A model generated the notes under the pieces. That model did not search any database and had not been told where the DNA came from. It saw only the letters and a program-made list of their open reading frames with translations. The translations under genes and the position numbers were made by a program. This document shows, piece after piece, positions 29,305 to 31,521 of a stretch of 31,521 nucleotides of DNA. Each line of letters starts with the position of its first letter. The first letter of the stretch is position 1. Origin of the DNA: a bacterium. Its GTDB lineage: Bacteria; Hinthialibacterota; Hinthialibacteria; Hinthialibacterales; Hinthialibacteraceae. The stretch covers positions 1 through 31,521 of the forward strand of contig CAXXSM010000046.1 of the NCBI GenBank assembly GCA_963663405.2. Reading direction: 5' to 3'.

Positions 29305-29344
29305 AATCAAGTAGGCTAACCACGGAGCGCAGCCCATCATCAAC
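29305..29344 (+). repeat. REP-like element, decayed copy at the right end of the island
   Basis: AATCAAGTAGGCTA-ACCACGGAGCG-CAGCCCATCATCAAC. The core is collinear with copy 1, and the AATCAAGTAGG and CATCAAC flanks are shared with the 28264 copy. Confidence 0.7.
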
Positions 29345-30126
29345 CTACTCCCTTCCCCGTTTCCGAAATAAGAGTCCCGACCATGTTTCATCAATCGAAC
29401 AGATTTTGTAATCGACCAATCCAGCGTCTAGACCGGTTTTTCGGACGATTTGTTGGGTTAAATCGGATGTCTGTTTAGAACTCTTTTTCGGCCAGGCGAT
29501 CCAGAGAGGAGCTTGTTCCGCTTGGTTTGTCATCCGGTCTATTTGATTGTCAAGTTCCTTCCGCGATTTCATAAACCAGATGGTTAAATCACATTGGCGC
29601 GTAACACGTTTCCGCAAAGACGCGCCTTTTGGCAGTTCACCCAGCGTCTGATCAAATTCCTTGGGCGCGTTGAGCAGGACCGTGATTGATTTTGGCTTGA
29701 TACCCAATTTAGCCGGGAGACTTTTCCCGCGTAGCCGTCGAAGACGGATTGAGGGACGATGGGATCGATTGGAGGATGGGCCAGGGCTTTTTTTAATGTT
29801 CCACGTATCCCGCTCCACGTAGTATAAAACGCATCGGGAAGTAGTTCTTTCACACGTTCAACTTTCTCCGGGGCGCCTTCGGCAAACACCAACGGAATCG
29901 CTCGCGTAGATTTTCTTTGCCGAATCGTCAGAGCAAGGTCCCGTCCCTGCGATGGAAGGCGGGATAGATCGATCACAATCGCATCAGGTGGATTCGCTTC
30001 TAATTCATGAAAGAAATTTGCGCTTCTAGGAATTTCGTAAACTACATCATAACCATCGCTGGAAACAATCTTCGAACGTTCTTCCGCTTCGGCCGCATTC
30101 CAATGAATGAGATGAATTCGAGGCAT
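29345..30126 (-). CDS. Atypical receiver-like domain fused to a DUF3052-like domain (frameshift near 29725)
   Basis: N-terminal half PDAIVIDL..LPSQGRDLALTIRQRKSTRAIPLVF. C-terminal half GYAGK/SLPAKLGIK...LWIAWPKKSS..SDL...GLVDYKICSIDETWSGL.F. Confidence 0.7.
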
Positions 30127-30346
30127 GATCTCTTTCACATTTCAGTTGTTTTGAGCAGGGTAAGTATGCGCGTTAAATATCTTCACCCTCTCAATAATGC
30201 CTTCTTATTCAAAGTATTTCAACCGTTTGAATCCCCTTGCGCTATAGGTGTAGATGATATTTTCGATCCAGTTTCCCCGATTAATTTTCCACATCTAAAG
30301 CGCTGGTTCCACGGCGTTCTCTTGTAACTGCAGTTTGTGCGAAGAT

Positions 30347-31521
30347 TTAATCCTTTTGTTTCTCCTTCGATAGTACGCGTATCTCATAGCCCGGTACTTG
30401 GAAACTGTAACGAGGCTTCGGATCGTTCTTCTTGCCCCAACGGGCGTCCGCCGACCATGCGCCATCGGCTTTCTCCTTCTTTCGCGTGTCGACGGTCATC
30501 TGGCCGGTTTGCGGATCGAAGGTCAGCAGGTTGTATTGCAGGGGTACGCCGGTGGTCTGTTCGCTGGCAGGCGCGCCGAAGGTTCCGGCGCCGACAATGC
30601 GGATGCCGCGTTGATCGTCGTACTTATGGTAATCCTCGATCGCCTCATGAATGTGCCCATGCAGGCAGACTTGAAACTTTTGGACGGTTAGTAATTGCAT
30701 GAATGCGTTATCTATCATATCCTTGACGGTTGACTGGATGGTGCCATACCGCCAATTTCAGCCATCCATCGTATTTCCCATCCTGCAGGCGGTCCACTGC
30801 GGCGGAGAGCGCCTCCATATTGATACTTGCGCGAGTGCGGAAGTGGTGGTCCAGTTGCCAGCAGGAATTCAGACCCAAGAAAAGGATGCGATCGTCGGGG
30901 CGCTCGAGAAACAAAAACTGCTCCGCGTACTCCTGCGGGTAATCCGTTCCGCGATACACACGGCGGTAAAAGTGCTCGTTATACAATGCGAACCGCTCGC
31001 GATACAGCGCGTCATCGCGGAGCAGCGCACCGGCATCACCCGCCGGGATATACCGGTCTTTTTTCAACGGCGATGGTAAGTCGTCCTGATAGACGAACGG
31101 ATACGCCTTCTTCGACAAACTCCAGTTCAGGTCGTGATTCCCCGGCACGACTACTACGCGTTCGGGAACCAGTCCGAATCGCTTCACCAATCCATCCACC
31201 ATCTTGAAGGCCGCGCCGATATTCCTCTTCGGTCGAGTAGTCGGCCACGTCGCCGGAGATGACCAGATATTCCAGCTTCCTGATTTTCAACTCTTGAATT
31301 AGGTCGGTCTCCAACTGCATCCGGCATACATTGGCCAGCGTCTCTCCGGTGAAATGCAGATCCGAGAGATGCAGGATGTGGATCAAGTGATCCTCCTCTT
31401 CCAAATATTGCCGATCCTCGCGCAATTGCTTCACCTCCTCCGCCGTGCGCCTTTCGACGGTCTGCGCTAAATCCTTCTGCTTCTCGGCCAGCGACGCGTC
31501 CCGCCGATATTTATCTTCTAC
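30347..31521 (-). CDS. C-terminal calcineurin-like metallophosphoesterase domain of a larger protein (5' end outside the window; frameshifts near 31215 and 30727)
   Basis: LHLSDLHF, ISGDVA, VPGNHD, LGLNS, WHHP, LHGHIH and GAGT..YN motifs across three fragments. The frame is open to the window edge through a charged helical segment. Confidence 0.8.

Noticed and set aside
25799-29344. REP-like copies as a CRISPR array
   Set aside because: Spacing is hundreds to thousands of bp, the intervals contain genes, the copies are divergent, and there are no cas genes.
30140-30340. Small gene or pseudogene fragment between the last two CDSs
   Set aside because: Short frames with stops and no recognisable motif.

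Overview
Bacterial chromosomal window, about 50% GC by eye. It probably comes from an unpolished long-read assembly, because at least 14 otherwise intact genes carry single-base indels, mostly in homopolymers. From left to right: an SSS transporter-nitroreductase-CPD photolyase-SDR/DUF2867 run; two secreted proteins on the minus strand; a Tat-exported Gfo/Idh/MocA gene, a HEAT/discoidin gene and a TIM-barrel gene; phosphoesterases, a GT2, yggT and a sulfatase; a mazEF-type TA pair; a short glmU-rplY-pth block with no prs; and a K+-dependent membrane pyrophosphatase (hppA) whose structured leader resembles a Na+-type riboswitch plus terminator. Next come a vWA-OmpA lipoprotein and a Tat-signal fucose-isomerase-like protein. 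An accessory island (about 25.8-29.3 kb) follows. It holds small co-oriented genes punctuated by four progressively decayed copies of one REP-like element, plus a relic attC-bounded two-gene cassette and no integrase or transposase. The window ends with a receiver-DUF3052-like fusion and a truncated gene with a C-terminal calcineurin-like domain. The best leads are the repeat-punctuated gene array, the hppA leader and the V-x-x-W-x-x-x C-terminal tail motif. All family assignments come from motif recognition, not database searches.
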